Positions 30,243 through 40,211 of a stretch of 64,000 nucleotides of DNA are shown piece after piece; positions within the stretch are counted from its first letter, which is position 1, and each line of letters starts with the position of its first letter. The DNA lies in NCBI GenBank assembly GCA_963813815.1, contig CAWFAD010000007.1, positions 160,001 through 224,000 of the forward strand, given 5' to 3'. The position numbers and the translations under genes were made by a program. This stretch comes from an uncultured bacterium. Its GTDB lineage: Bacteria; Krumholzibacteriota; Krumholzibacteriia; Krumholzibacteriales; Krumholzibacteriaceae. Under the pieces are notes generated by a model. The model saw nothing but the letters and a program-made list of their open reading frames with translations. It had not been told where the DNA came from and ran no database searches.

Positions 30243-31475
30243 TCAGCGGGATCGTCCGTCGAGGTAGTGTCCGAGCCGCCGAATGCCTTCGGCGATGCGT
30301 TCGATCGAGTTCGCGTACGATATGCGCAGATATCCTTCGGCGTTCTCCCCGAAATCGACGCCCGGCGCCACCGCCACGCCGCAGCGATCGAGCATGTCGA
30401 AGGCGAGTCGCATGGAATCGCCGTCCCTGTGGCGCGCATCCACGAGAAAATAGAACGCGCCTCGAGGCTCGACGGCGAAGCGCAGCCCGAGCTTGGGGAG
30501 CTCCTCCGCGAGGTAGCGGCGCCGCGCGTCGTACTCGAGCCTCATCTCCTCGATCTCGGGATGCGTTTCGGCGAGAGCGGCGATCCCCGCCTGCTGGACG
30601 AAGGAGTTCGCGCAGATGAAGAAATTCTGCTGGAGTATCTGGAGCCGGCGGATGTGCCGTTCCGGGGCGATCACCCAGCCGAGCCGCCACCCCGTCATGG
30701 CGTACCGTTTCGAGAAGCCGTTGAGGATGAACGCCCCGGGAGCGTACTCGAGAGCCGAATGCTCCCGTTCTCCGTAGACGAGGCCGTGATAGATCTCGTC
30801 GCTGATCACGGGGATGCCGAGATCGCAGATCTCACTGAGCGCGTTCGCCGGGATGAGCGTTCCGGCCGGGTTCGACGGCGAGTTGACGATAACCGCCTTC
30901 GTGCGGGGACCGATCGCGCGGCGTACCGCGGCCGGGTCGAGCTGAAAGCCCGCCCGTTCGTCCGTGGCCACGCGGCGCGGAACGCCCCTCAGGTATCGTA
31001 TGAAATTCGGATAGCAGGGGTATCCCGGGTCGCCGATGATGATTTCGTCCCCCGGCTCCTCGATGAGGAGCGACAGGACGAGGAGAAGCGCCGGCGAGGT
31101 TCCCATGGTCACGATGACCCGGCCGGGGGAGACGTTCGCCCCGTAGGAGGCCTCGTAGTGACGGGCGATCGCGGCGCGAAGCGCCGCTGCGCCCCGGCTG
31201 TCGGTATAGTGCGTATCGCCGCGCCGAAGGGCTTCTTCGGCCGCTCGCACGATGCGGGGGGGCGTCGGAAAATCCGGTTCGCCGATCTCGAGGTGCACGA
31301 TCGATCGCCCCTCGCGCTCGAGCTCGAGAGCGTGCTCGAGGACCTCCATGACGATGAACGGGCGGATGAGGCCCCCGCCGGTGTTCCCGGCGGGCGGGGC
31401 GTCGCGCCGTACGGCGGTGCGGCGCGCGGGGCGCGCGGCGGGCTTGCGTGGCTTTCTGGTGCGGCTCGCGCTCAT
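30243..31475 (-). CDS. PLP-dependent aminotransferase class I/II
   Basis: IGEPDF, NSPSNPAG, SDEIY, GFSKRYAMTGWRLG. Confidence 0.96.
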   Translation of the reverse strand: MSASRTRKPRKPAARPARRTAVRRDAPPAGNTGGGLIRPFIVMEVLEHALELEREGRSIVHLEIGEPDFPTPPRIVRAAEEALRRGDTHYTDSRGAAALRAAIARHYEASYGANVSPGRVIVTMGTSPALLLVLSLLIEEPGDEIIIGDPGYPCYPNFIRYLRGVPRRVATDERAGFQLDPAAVRRAIGPRTKAVIVNSPSNPAGTLIPANALSEICDLGIPVISDEIYHGLVYGEREHSALEYAPGAFILNGFSKRYAMTGWRLGWVIAPERHIRRLQILQQNFFICANSFVQQAGIAALAETHPEIEEMRLEYDARRRYLAEELPKLGLRFAVEPRGAFYFLVDARHRDGDSMRLAFDMLDRCGVAVAPGVDFGENAEGYLRISYANSIERIAEGIRRLGHYLDGRSR

Positions 31476-31508
31476 GTACTTACAACATATCGTCCGGAGT
31501 CCCGCGCG

Positions 31509-32300
31509 TCAACGACATCGTTCGGGGCGCGGCCCCGCCGGGCGGATGACGGCCACCGTCCAGTGCCTGCCGGTGACGCCGCGGTCGCGGCGATGGGAAA
31601 AGAAGAGCTCCGGGCTGCAGGAGGTGCAGAGACCCGAGGAGAGAATGCGGTTTCGCTCGAGCCCCCCGTCGAGGAGCGAGCGCACGATGAACGCCTCGAG
31701 GTCGAGGCGCCAGACCTTCCCGGCCGATCGTCGAACGGCGCGCGGAAAGCGCATCGCCTCTTCCCGGTCGACGGTGTAGCACCGCGCGCAGATGCCGGGG
31801 CCGATCGCCGCGACCGCGTACGACGGTTCGATGAGAAAGCGGTCGCGGAGCACGTCGATCGCGCGCTCGATGATGCCGCCACGCGCGCCCATCCGGCCGA
31901 CATGGAGGGCGGCGACGGCGCGTTCCGGCGGGGAGTAGATGACGACCGAGTAGCAATCGGCGGTGCTGATCGCGAGCGCGAGATTCGGGGTATCGGTCGC
32001 GAAGCCGTCGAAGCCCCGGTACTGGCCGCCCCGTTCGACCACGGCGATATCGGCGCCGTGGACCTGCCCCGTCCGGGCGAGACGCCGGGGCGGTATGTCG
32101 AGCGCCGCCAGCAGCCGGCGCCTGTTCTCGCGAATGTTCGCGGGAGGATCGCCGAGCGCGCCGCCGAGGTTGAGCGAGTCGAATGGCGGCGGGCTCACGC
32201 CGCCCGGGCGCGTCGTCACGAACAGATGGAGCTCGCTCGCCATGATCCCCAGGGCGGGAAAGCGTCCGATGCGAAGTCCGTTGACGGAGACCCATTCCAT
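31509..32300 (-). CDS. pgeF: PgeF/YfiH family (peptidoglycan editing factor / purine nucleoside phosphorylase)
   Basis: TTR.GG, LNLG, QVHG, TADC, IGPGI, CTSC...FFSHRR. Confidence 0.9.
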   Translation of the reverse strand: MEWVSVNGLRIGRFPALGIMASELHLFVTTRPGGVSPPPFDSLNLGGALGDPPANIRENRRRLLAALDIPPRRLARTGQVHGADIAVVERGGQYRGFDGFATDTPNLALAISTADCYSVVIYSPPERAVAALHVGRMGARGGIIERAIDVLRDRFLIEPSYAVAAIGPGICARCYTVDREEAMRFPRAVRRSAGKVWRLDLEAFIVRSLLDGGLERNRILSSGLCTSCSPELFFSHRRDRGVTGRHWTVAVIRPAGPRPERCR

Positions 32301-32379
32301 CGTTTGCCCTCTTGACAGCGAGCGACCGGATGAGGATACCCTATCGGGTGATCTTTGCAAGAGGCGTCGGAGGAGGCGT

Positions 32380-33549
32380 ATGAATTATTTCGAAGGCTAC
32401 CGGTGCTCGTCATGCGGCAGAGAGGTTCCCGCGGGTTCCGCCGCGGCCGAATGTCAGTCCTGCGCCGGGCCGCTCCTCGCCGTGTACGATTTCGGTCTCA
32501 TGCGCCGGAGCGCACGGGATCCCGCTTCCCTGCTCGCCGGCGAGGGTCCGGGCATCTGGCGCTACGCGAATCTCCTGCCTCCTTTCGCGCGCCGGGTGAG
32601 CCTCGGCGAGGGGCGCACGCCGCTCCTCGCCTCGCGCGACCTCGGGCGATCCCTGGGCGTTCCCGGTCTCTTCATCAAGGACGAATCCGCGAACCCGACC
32701 GGCTCCTTCAAGTCCCGGGGCATGGCCGCGGCCGTTTCGCGTCTCGTCGATCTCGGCGTGAAGCGGGCGTACGCGCCCTCGGCCGGAAACGCGGGGCTGG
32801 CGCTCGCGGCGTACTGCGCCGCTGCGGGCATCGAGTGCCGCATATTCATTCCCTCGGAGACGCCCTCGGGAGTCGCCGCGGAATGCCGCCTCTACGGGGC
32901 CGAGGTCACCGTCGTGCCGGGGATTCTTCCCGACGCGGCCGGGGCGCTCGATGCCCTCGTCGGCGTCGATCGCGCGGGGGTCGTGAGCACCTTCCGCGAG
33001 CCGTGCCGCGTCGAGGGGAAAAAGACGATGGCTTTCGAGATCGAGGAGGAGACCTCCCCCGACTGGATCGTGTTTCCGACGGGGGGCGGCACGGGAGTGG
33101 TCGCGTTCCGGAAGGCGTACGAGGAGCTCGACGCGCTCGGCCTGCTGCGGCGTCCGATGCCGCGCCTCGCGGTCGTTCAATCGGAGGGATGCGCGCCGCT
33201 CGTCGAGGCCTGGCGGAAGGGGCTCGAGCGGGCCGCTCCCTGGCGCGTTCCCGTGACGATCGCCTCCGGAATCCGGGTTCCGGGCTCGCGCGCCGACGCT
33301 CTCATCCTCCGCGCGATCCGCGAGAGCGGCGGCGCGGCGACGACGGTGAGCGACGACGAGATCGTCGCCGCCGTCCGCGAGCTTTCGCTCTCTCTCGGGC
33401 TCTTCGTCTCCCCGGAGGGGGCCGCGGCGTACGCGGGATTCAAACGTCTCGCGAGGGAGGGAACGATAAGCCCCTCCTCGCGTGTCGTCGTCGTCAACAC
33501 CGCGGGAGGGGCTCGCTACCGTTTTCTGCTCGATCCGTACGAGCGGTGA
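32380..33549 (+). CDS. thrC: Threonine synthase (or close PLP fold II homolog)
   Basis: CxxC ribbon, SLGEG.TPL, NPTGSFKSRG, SAGNAG, EGKKTM, PTGGG. Confidence 0.85.
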   Translation: MNYFEGYRCSSCGREVPAGSAAAECQSCAGPLLAVYDFGLMRRSARDPASLLAGEGPGIWRYANLLPPFARRVSLGEGRTPLLASRDLGRSLGVPGLFIKDESANPTGSFKSRGMAAAVSRLVDLGVKRAYAPSAGNAGLALAAYCAAAGIECRIFIPSETPSGVAAECRLYGAEVTVVPGILPDAAGALDALVGVDRAGVVSTFREPCRVEGKKTMAFEIEEETSPDWIVFPTGGGTGVVAFRKAYEELDALGLLRRPMPRLAVVQSEGCAPLVEAWRKGLERAAPWRVPVTIASGIRVPGSRADALILRAIRESGGAATTVSDDEIVAAVRELSLSLGLFVSPEGAAAYAGFKRLAREGTISPSSRVVVVNTAGGARYRFLLDPYER

Positions 33550-35214
33550 TCAGCCGCTTCGCTTCTTGCCGGAATCCGATCTCGTGCCGCTCGAGCCTCC
33601 CCGATAGGGGGTCGCGGAGCTCTTCGTCGTGCTCCGCGCGGGCGGCGGGGAGCTTCGCGTCGAGGTCGCCGGGGTCGCGCGCCTATCGGAGCCGCGCTGA
33701 TTCTCTCCGACGGAGGAGCGCCGCCGCTCCTCTCCGGCGGAAGAGCGTCGCCGTTCCTCTCCGGCCGTGGAGCGCCGCCGTTCCTCTCCGAATCCGGATC
33801 GCTCCGGCTTGATTCTATCGCCGCGGTCGTCGTCGCGTTTCAAAGGCTGCGTCCGGCGCTCGATCGACGGGTCGCGCCCGGTTTTCGTTCCCGGCCGGCG
33901 AGGGACGGCGCGCACCGCCGGGCGGTCGCGCCCCGGGCCGCCGCGTTCGATCGCTCCGCCACTCGGGTCGACCGTCCTGCGGCGGAGATCCGAGCGCTCG
34001 AGTCTCTCGTCCGCCGCGCGCCGCTTCGAGCTCACGAGACGCGAGTCGACGAGCGATTTCTCGCGGCCGAGCGACGTGTAGGTCGTCGCATAATCGATGT
34101 AGCGCTTCGTCGCGGTTCGATCGCCGTAAAGCGGCCGGTAGGACGCCGCGGTTCCCGAGTAATAGTAATCGTCGCACGACCAGCACGCGTACGGGTAGCC
34201 GTAGGGGTACCGGTACGACGGATACCACCAGGAGTAATACGGCCAGTAGTAATCATTCCACCAGATGTTCCAGTAGTAGCTGCTCCAGAACGGATCCCAG
34301 GCAGGATACAATCCCCATCCGATGAAAGAGCCGCCGTAGTAGGACCAGGGCGAATACCACGGATAGGCGGATCCGTAGGTGAAGGAGAGATATATCTTCG
34401 TGTCGTCGCCGTCGTACTCGCCGTCCGGGTAGGGCTGGCCCCGGTCCTCGTCGTCGTCGCTCCCGGCGGCGTATTGTATGTTGTACATCGGCGGATAGGG
34501 ATACACGGGCTCTTCATCGTACGCGATCCGCTCGATTGTCGCTTCCGGGCATTCATCGGAGTAGGGGTCGGCCGTCGTCTCCGGACCGTGGCATTTCGCG
34601 CACAGATAGCGCGGGTAGTCGACGCGGCGATTGATGTAAAAGTAAGTGTAATCCGTCGCCGGCGGCTCTCGGTCGGCTCGGCGCACGATCTCCTCGTCGA
34701 TCATGTTGAAGGCGAGGAACGGATCGCTGTCGACGCGCAGGCGTTTCTTCTCGGATAGCCGCTCGCTCTTCGCGAGGAAGTAGAGCTCGTCCTCGTCGAG
34801 CCGGCCCGGATCGTCGACGGCCAGCGCGTGGATGTACTCGATCCCCGTTTTCCCGCCGGTTTCCCAGTAGGTGCCCGAGCCGGGTTCCGGAAGGACGTGG
34901 ATCTCTCGGCCCTCCACGCGCACGGGGCGCCCGTCGGCGGGGAAGAGCAGGTGGACGTACCCCTCGGTGTCCACGTTGTACACGATCACGTACGCGTCGC
35001 GGGACGCGCTGAAGGAAATTTCTATCCCTTCCCCCGGATCGTACACGGCTCCGCGCTCGCCGGAGAGCTCGACGGTGACGGCGAGACCCCCGGCGGCCAC
35101 CGGAGCGTCGGCGGAACCTTTCTTGAGATCGACCGCGAGGAGCGGCGTACAGAGCAGTGCGCCGAGCGGAACGGCGAGAAGGATGAGCCGTATCGGACGC
35201 TTCATGTCACTCAC
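33550..35214 (-). CDS. Exported DUF4384-like protein with CxxCH, Tyr/Trp-rich region and Arg/Ser-rich tail
   Basis: Signal peptide, Y.PGE.I...DAYV.VY..D.EG....LFP, CAKCH, YWP-rich stretch; start may be 35205. Confidence 0.75.
   Translation of the reverse strand: MSDMKRPIRLILLAVPLGALLCTPLLAVDLKKGSADAPVAAGGLAVTVELSGERGAVYDPGEGIEISFSASRDAYVIVYNVDTEGYVHLLFPADGRPVRVEGREIHVLPEPGSGTYWETGGKTGIEYIHALAVDDPGRLDEDELYFLAKSERLSEKKRLRVDSDPFLAFNMIDEEIVRRADREPPATDYTYFYINRRVDYPRYLCAKCHGPETTADPYSDECPEATIERIAYDEEPVYPYPPMYNIQYAAGSDDDEDRGQPYPDGEYDGDDTKIYLSFTYGSAYPWYSPWSYYGGSFIGWGLYPAWDPFWSSYYWNIWWNDYYWPYYSWWYPSYRYPYGYPYACWSCDDYYYSGTAASYRPLYGDRTATKRYIDYATTYTSLGREKSLVDSRLVSSKRRAADERLERSDLRRRTVDPSGGAIERGGPGRDRPAVRAVPRRPGTKTGRDPSIERRTQPLKRDDDRGDRIKPERSGFGEERRRSTAGEERRRSSAGEERRRSSVGENQRGSDRRATPATSTRSSPPPARSTTKSSATPYRGGSSGTRSDSGKKRSG
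33704..33790. repeat. 27-bp imperfect tandem repeat (3 copies plus 6 bp) encoding GEERRRS(S/T)(A/V)
   Basis: Units TCTCCG...CCG(C/T)TCC start at 33704, 33731, 33758, 33785. Confidence 0.9.
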
Positions 35215-35555
35215 TCCTTAGCAGGGGAGAATTGTTCCCGTCATGATGTTCCGGCGGGGGTTCCCGCGCGGGACGAGCCCCGCGCCGACGATCCCTCATT
35301 ATTATAATCGTCAATGGCCGCTTTTACAAGCGGCATGCGCCTCCTCCGGCGGCATGCTCCGCCGGTTTCACCCGGGTTCGCACGCGACGGGCGGGGGCGT
35401 CCGGCTCCTCCTGCCCGAGTCGAAGGCGGCATCGTCTTCTCCGCTAACTGGCTGTGCATATTGACAATAGTATCCCGCCGAATTACCGAAACGTTCTTGA
35501 CCGTCGCGGAGTACTATAGTAAGTTGCCCCAAAGCGCACGCAAAGGAGGCTCAGC

Positions 35556-36275
35556 ATGGTTCTCGTCGGCACGCCGGTCTTTCTTCAAATCTCCGGAAAG
35601 CTATCCGACGTCATATTTCACGGGGGTTGGGTCGGGAACGGGATTCTCCTCACGCTGACCGTGCTGTCCGTCATCTCGTGGACGGTCATGATAGAAAAGG
35701 CCCGCTACTTCAGGCTCTCGCGCCGGCAAACCCTGCGGTTCCTCGATCTCTTCGGGAAAGAGCATTCCCTTCGCTCTCTCGCGGGGCAGGCCTCGTCGTT
35801 TCCGGCGAGCCCCGAGGCCGCCCTCGCCTCGCGCATCGCCGCCGAGCTCGAAGGGGGCGAGGTGAGGAGCACTTCCGCGCTCGACAAGCTCATCGAGAAC
35901 GAGATCGTCTCCATCATGTCCGGCTTCGAATCGTACGTGCAGTTTCTCGCGACGACCGCCTCGATTTCGCCGCTGCTCGGACTCTTCGGAACGGTCTGGG
36001 GTATCATGAGCTCCTTTCTCAGCATGGGGGCGCAGGGCTCGGCGAGCCTCTTCGTCGTGGGCCCGGGTATCGCCGTCGCCCTCATCACGACGGTGTTCGG
36101 GCTCGGCGCCGCGATTCCGGCCGTCGTCGGCTACAACTTCATCATCCGCACGAACCGCGGGCGCGAGGAAGAGATCGAGGCCTTCGCCGGGCGGTTGCGG
36201 AACCGCATCGTCGAGCGCGTGTACGTCGAGCTCCGCGGGAGCGATGGGATGGCCCCGGGAGGTGGCGCGGCATGA
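35556..36275 (+). CDS. tolQ: TolQ/ExbB proton channel
   Basis: SVISW, SPLLGLFGTVWGIM, GIAVALITT..GL..AIPA. Confidence 0.9.
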   Translation: MVLVGTPVFLQISGKLSDVIFHGGWVGNGILLTLTVLSVISWTVMIEKARYFRLSRRQTLRFLDLFGKEHSLRSLAGQASSFPASPEAALASRIAAELEGGEVRSTSALDKLIENEIVSIMSGFESYVQFLATTASISPLLGLFGTVWGIMSSFLSMGAQGSASLFVVGPGIAVALITTVFGLGAAIPAVVGYNFIIRTNRGREEEIEAFAGRLRNRIVERVYVELRGSDGMAPGGGAA

Positions 36276-36673
36276 GGCGCTCGCGTTACGCGCCGCTCGC
36301 CGAGATCAACATCACGAACCTCGTCGACGTGACGATGGTTCTGCTCATCATTTTCATGCTGACCGCGCCGTTCCTCCAGGCGGGGGTCAAGCTCAGGCTT
36401 CCGAAAGCGGAGGCCAAATCGATCGAGGAGCAGGAGGGCGTCACGGTCTCGATCGACGAAGAGGGCCGCATCTTCATCGACGAGCGGCGCACGGAATGGA
36501 ACGAGTTCGCCGCCGATCTCCGCCGCGCTCTCGAGGGCACGGAGCCGCGGGTGTTCCTGCGCGCCGACAAGGACGTGCGGTATGAGAGCGTCCTGCGAGT
36601 GATCGCGCGCGTCAAGATGCTCGGCGTCGACGATCTCGGGCTCATCGCGGAACAGGAAGAGAAGAAACGGTGA
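36272..36673 (+). CDS. tolR: TolR/ExbD
   Basis: EINITNLVDVTMVLLIIFM, LRADK. Confidence 0.92.
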   Translation: MRRSRYAPLAEINITNLVDVTMVLLIIFMLTAPFLQAGVKLRLPKAEAKSIEEQEGVTVSIDEEGRIFIDERRTEWNEFAADLRRALEGTEPRVFLRADKDVRYESVLRVIARVKMLGVDDLGLIAEQEEKKR

Positions 36674-36692
36674 CGGGGCGGGGTGGCGCCGG

Positions 36693-37319
36693 ATGAAATC
36701 GTCTCTCGGCATTTCGGTCGTCGCGCACGTCTCGGTATTCACCGCGGCGTTGTTCCTCTTCAACGCCGTTCCCCGAATGAACCTCCCCGAACGGGTCTAC
36801 TCGGTGAAGATCCTCCAGCCGCTCTTGCGCGCTCCGGCCGCGGCCGAGAAGCCGGCTCCCGAGACGCCGAAGAAGGAGCCTCCGAAAAAGGAGGAGAAGA
36901 TCCCCGTCCCCAAGAAGCCGGAGACCCCGAAGGAGGGGAAGGAGTCGAAGGAAGAGCCGGCGAAGCCTCAGGAGAAGCCGATCGACGTCGGCGTCGCGGG
37001 GGAGCAGGGCACGGGGATCGCGGTCGACGCCCCCGTCTTTCCCTTCTCGTACTACCTCGCCGCCATCGAGCGGAAGGTTTCGGCCAACTGGTTCTCGGCG
37101 GTTTCCGGTGGCACGGTCGGCATGAACTGCGTCGTATATTTCAGGCTGCGGCGGGACGGGAGCGTGGAGGACGCGCGGATCGAGACGAGCTCGAGCAACG
37201 CCTATTTCGACCGCGCGGCTCTGAAGGCCGTGAGGAGTTCGAGCCCGTTTCCGCCCCTGCCGCGGGCGTTTCCGGATCAGTATCTCGGCATCCACTTCAC
37301 GTTCGTGCAGAAGGAATGA
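36693..37319 (+). CDS. TolA/TonB family protein
   Basis: SxxxH TM motif (SVVAH), Pro/Lys/Glu linker, C-terminal SSSN.YFDRAAL.AV. Confidence 0.88.
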   Translation: MKSSLGISVVAHVSVFTAALFLFNAVPRMNLPERVYSVKILQPLLRAPAAAEKPAPETPKKEPPKKEEKIPVPKKPETPKEGKESKEEPAKPQEKPIDVGVAGEQGTGIAVDAPVFPFSYYLAAIERKVSANWFSAVSGGTVGMNCVVYFRLRRDGSVEDARIETSSSNAYFDRAALKAVRSSSPFPPLPRAFPDQYLGIHFTFVQKE

Positions 37320-38587
37320 ACATGCGACGAGTTATCGGTATCGTGATCGCCGCCTGCTGTGCCGCGGGGGCGGCCCGGGCGCAAACGGACATCTACCTCC
37401 GGACGGAACGGGCGGGGAGGGGCAAGGTGCCGATCATCGTCAAGGACATCTCGGCGATGACCGGGCGCGAACGCGAAGGCGCGACGCTTCTCACGAACGT
37501 CATCCGGGCGGATCTCGGGTTCTCGGGACTCGTCGAGGTGCTCCGAGCCGAGGAGGGCGGCGAGGCGGACGCGGGGAGGACGGCGGGCGCGATCTTCGAG
37601 GGATCGCTCTCGGCGGAGGGCGGCTCGCTCGCGCTCGAGGCCCGGCTCCTCGATTACACGAGCCGCGAAACGATCTTCAGCAAGCGCTACCGGTTCGGCG
37701 CCGACGCCCGGCGCCACGTGGCCCATACCGTGAGCGACGAAATCGTGTACTTCCTCGTGGGCGAACGCGGCATCGCGACGACCAGGCTTCTCTTCCGCCG
37801 TCCCCAAAAGGATTCGAAGGATCTGTACGTTATCGACTACGACGGCTTCGGCGAGCGGCGGCTCACTCAGGGCGAGCTCGTCACCTCGCCCCTCTGGCTC
37901 GACGGGACGCGGGTCTGTTACTCGTCCGATCGCCGGGGCAACTGGGATTGCTACCTCGTCGATCTGCGAAAGGGATCGAAGTATCTCATCACGCAGTGGC
38001 GCGGGATCAACATCGCGGGAAGCTACTTCGCGCCGCGCGACGAGATCGCCATGACGCTCAGCGTCGACGGCAACCACGAGATCTATCTCCTCGACTCGAC
38101 GGGAAAGGTTCTGCGCCGGCTCACGCGAAACCGCGCGATCGACATCTCGCCGAGCTGGTCGCCGAACGGCGCCGAGATCGCGTTCGTGAGCGACAGGGGA
38201 GGCACGCCGCAGATCTACATCATGGACAGCTTCGGCGCCAACGTGAGGCGGCTCTCGCGCTCGGGCTCATACAACCAGTCTCCCGCGTGGTCTCCGCGCG
38301 GGGACATCATCGCCTACTGCTCGCGCGAGGGCGGCGTCTATCGTCTCCGTCTCATCTCGCCCGACGGGCTCGTCGAGGAGACGCTCTTTGAGGATGGTTC
38401 GAGCTACGAGGATCCGGTGTGGGCGCCCGACGGCCGGCACCTCGCGGCGACGGCGCGCGAGGGCGGAAAATCCTGGATCGTCGTCATCGACATCGACACG
38501 AAGGAGAAGCGCCGTCTCGCGCAGGGGGATCTCCCCGATTGGTCGCCGCTCCCGCCTGAGCCGCGCACGGAGCTCCTCGGCCGCTGA
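37316..38587 (+). CDS. tolB: TolB beta-propeller protein
   Basis: Signal peptide, PD40 repeats (SPSWSPNG, SDRGGTPQIY, PAWSPRG). Confidence 0.92.
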   Translation: MNMRRVIGIVIAACCAAGAARAQTDIYLRTERAGRGKVPIIVKDISAMTGREREGATLLTNVIRADLGFSGLVEVLRAEEGGEADAGRTAGAIFEGSLSAEGGSLALEARLLDYTSRETIFSKRYRFGADARRHVAHTVSDEIVYFLVGERGIATTRLLFRRPQKDSKDLYVIDYDGFGERRLTQGELVTSPLWLDGTRVCYSSDRRGNWDCYLVDLRKGSKYLITQWRGINIAGSYFAPRDEIAMTLSVDGNHEIYLLDSTGKVLRRLTRNRAIDISPSWSPNGAEIAFVSDRGGTPQIYIMDSFGANVRRLSRSGSYNQSPAWSPRGDIIAYCSREGGVYRLRLISPDGLVEETLFEDGSSYEDPVWAPDGRHLAATAREGGKSWIVVIDIDTKEKRRLAQGDLPDWSPLPPEPRTELLGR

Positions 38588-38745
38588 TCGAAAGCCCCGG
38601 AACGAAAAAAATGTGTTCAGTTCCCCGCGATCCGTGTACTATCTTTCACGAAGGCCGGGAACGGGCGGCGAGGGGGGATCGCGCCCGAGCATCCGGACTT
38701 CGAATCAACGGGGAGTTTACGACGCGGTTTGAACAAGGAGGTCGC

Positions 38746-39252
38746 ATGATGGCCCGCTCCAAATGGCTGTTGATCGTTCTCGTTCTGGCGCTGGCGCTCT
38801 CCGCCTGCGCGAAAAAGCAGACAACGCCGGTCGAGGAACCGCCGGCGCCGGCTCCCGTCGTCGAGCAGGAAACGACGCCGATCGTGCCGCCGCCCCCTCC
38901 GCCCGTCGTCGAGGAGGCCGTGATCGTTCTCGAGGACGTTTATTTCGATTTCGACAAATACAGTGTCAAGGACGAATACAAGGGTATCCTGACCCGCAAC
39001 GCGGAGCTCCTCATGGCCAACACGGGGAAGCGGATTTTCGTGCAGGGGCATTGCGACGAGCGCGGCACGAACGAATACAATATGGCGCTCGGCGAGAAGA
39101 GGGCCAAGGCGGCCGTCGATTTCTATACGAGCTACGGCGTCTCGGCGGATCGCATCACGTGGATCAGCTACGGCGAGGAAAAACCCTTCGCCACCGGGCA
39201 TGACGAGACGTCATGGACCCAGAACCGCCGGGCTCACATGATCCTCCAGTGA
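38746..39252 (+). CDS. pal: Peptidoglycan-associated lipoprotein
   Basis: LSAC lipobox, YFDFDK, GHCDERGTNEYNMALGEKRA, NRR. Confidence 0.96.
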   Translation: MMARSKWLLIVLVLALALSACAKKQTTPVEEPPAPAPVVEQETTPIVPPPPPPVVEEAVIVLEDVYFDFDKYSVKDEYKGILTRNAELLMANTGKRIFVQGHCDERGTNEYNMALGEKRAKAAVDFYTSYGVSADRITWISYGEEKPFATGHDETSWTQNRRAHMILQ

Positions 39253-39260
39253 GACGGGCG

Positions 39261-40163
39261 ATGAAACGCTGGCGGTTGCGGATCGTCGCCGCGGCCCTCG
39301 TGGCGATGGCCGCTGCGGCGCAGAGCGGATGCTGGGGGCGCGCGTTCTTCCGCGCGCCGATGGAGACGCTCGCGACCTCGTCCAAGGTCGACTCGCTGCT
39401 CCGCGAGAACGCGCTGCTGCAAGAGCGCATCGCGATCATCGAGGAGTCGATGAGACGGCAGGATGACCGCGAGCGGGGGGCGAACGCCCAGCACAAGATC
39501 GATCTCGAGGAGCTCAAGGATCAGCTGAACTCGATCACCGAGATGCTCCGCGAGGCGCAGGAAACGCCGGCCTTCAAACCCGTCGAGCGGCGCCGGACGC
39601 CGCTCCCCGATACGACGAAAACCCGATCGGAGGCGCCGCCCGTTCAGGGCGGCGCCCCGGCCGCGGCCTCCGGGGCGTCCGCCGACGCCTCCGGCGGGGC
39701 CCCGCCGATTCCCGCGAGCGACAGTCTCGTCGCCGCCGGGAACCCGGGCGGCGATACGGCGTCGGCCGGGGCCGGTCCAGCCCCGCCGCCCGAGGAGCTC
39801 TACCGCCAGATATACCTCGATTACAGCAGGCGCGAGTACCAGCTCGCGCTCGATGAATCGGACGCCTTTCTCGCGGAGTACCCCGACGATCCGCTCGTGC
39901 AGGAGATTCTCTACCTCAAGGGACAGAGCCTCGTCGAGCTCGGACGGAGCCTCGACGCGCTCAAGGAGTTCTCGACCCTGCTCCAACGGTATCCGGGAGG
40001 CAAACGGGCCCCGGGGGCGCTCCTGAGAATGGCGATCTCGTACGAGGGCATGGGGCAGCTCGAGCTCGCGGCGGGCGTCGTCCGGCGGCTCGTCGCCGAG
40101 TATCCCCGATCGAGCGAGGCCGCGGCCGCCGCGGAGCGATTCGAATCCATTCTTCAGCAGTGA
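39261..40163 (+). CDS. cpoB: CpoB/YbgF TPR protein
   Basis: Lipoprotein-like signal, coiled coil, three C-terminal TPRs; follows pal. Confidence 0.8.
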   Translation: MKRWRLRIVAAALVAMAAAAQSGCWGRAFFRAPMETLATSSKVDSLLRENALLQERIAIIEESMRRQDDRERGANAQHKIDLEELKDQLNSITEMLREAQETPAFKPVERRRTPLPDTTKTRSEAPPVQGGAPAAASGASADASGGAPPIPASDSLVAAGNPGGDTASAGAGPAPPPEELYRQIYLDYSRREYQLALDESDAFLAEYPDDPLVQEILYLKGQSLVELGRSLDALKEFSTLLQRYPGGKRAPGALLRMAISYEGMGQLELAAGVVRRLVAEYPRSSEAAAAAERFESILQQ

Positions 40164-40211
40164 GGCGTTTCCCGCCTCCGGCGCCCTCCGGGAGGCCGGA
40201 TTCCCCCGCGT

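Noticed and set aside
33704..33790. Possible CRISPR array
   Set aside because: Contiguous 27-bp in-frame coding repeats with no spacers
35461..35525. TTGACA/TTGACC promoter candidates upstream of tolQ
   Set aside because: A promoter is likely here, but I could not assign a convincing -35/-10 pair
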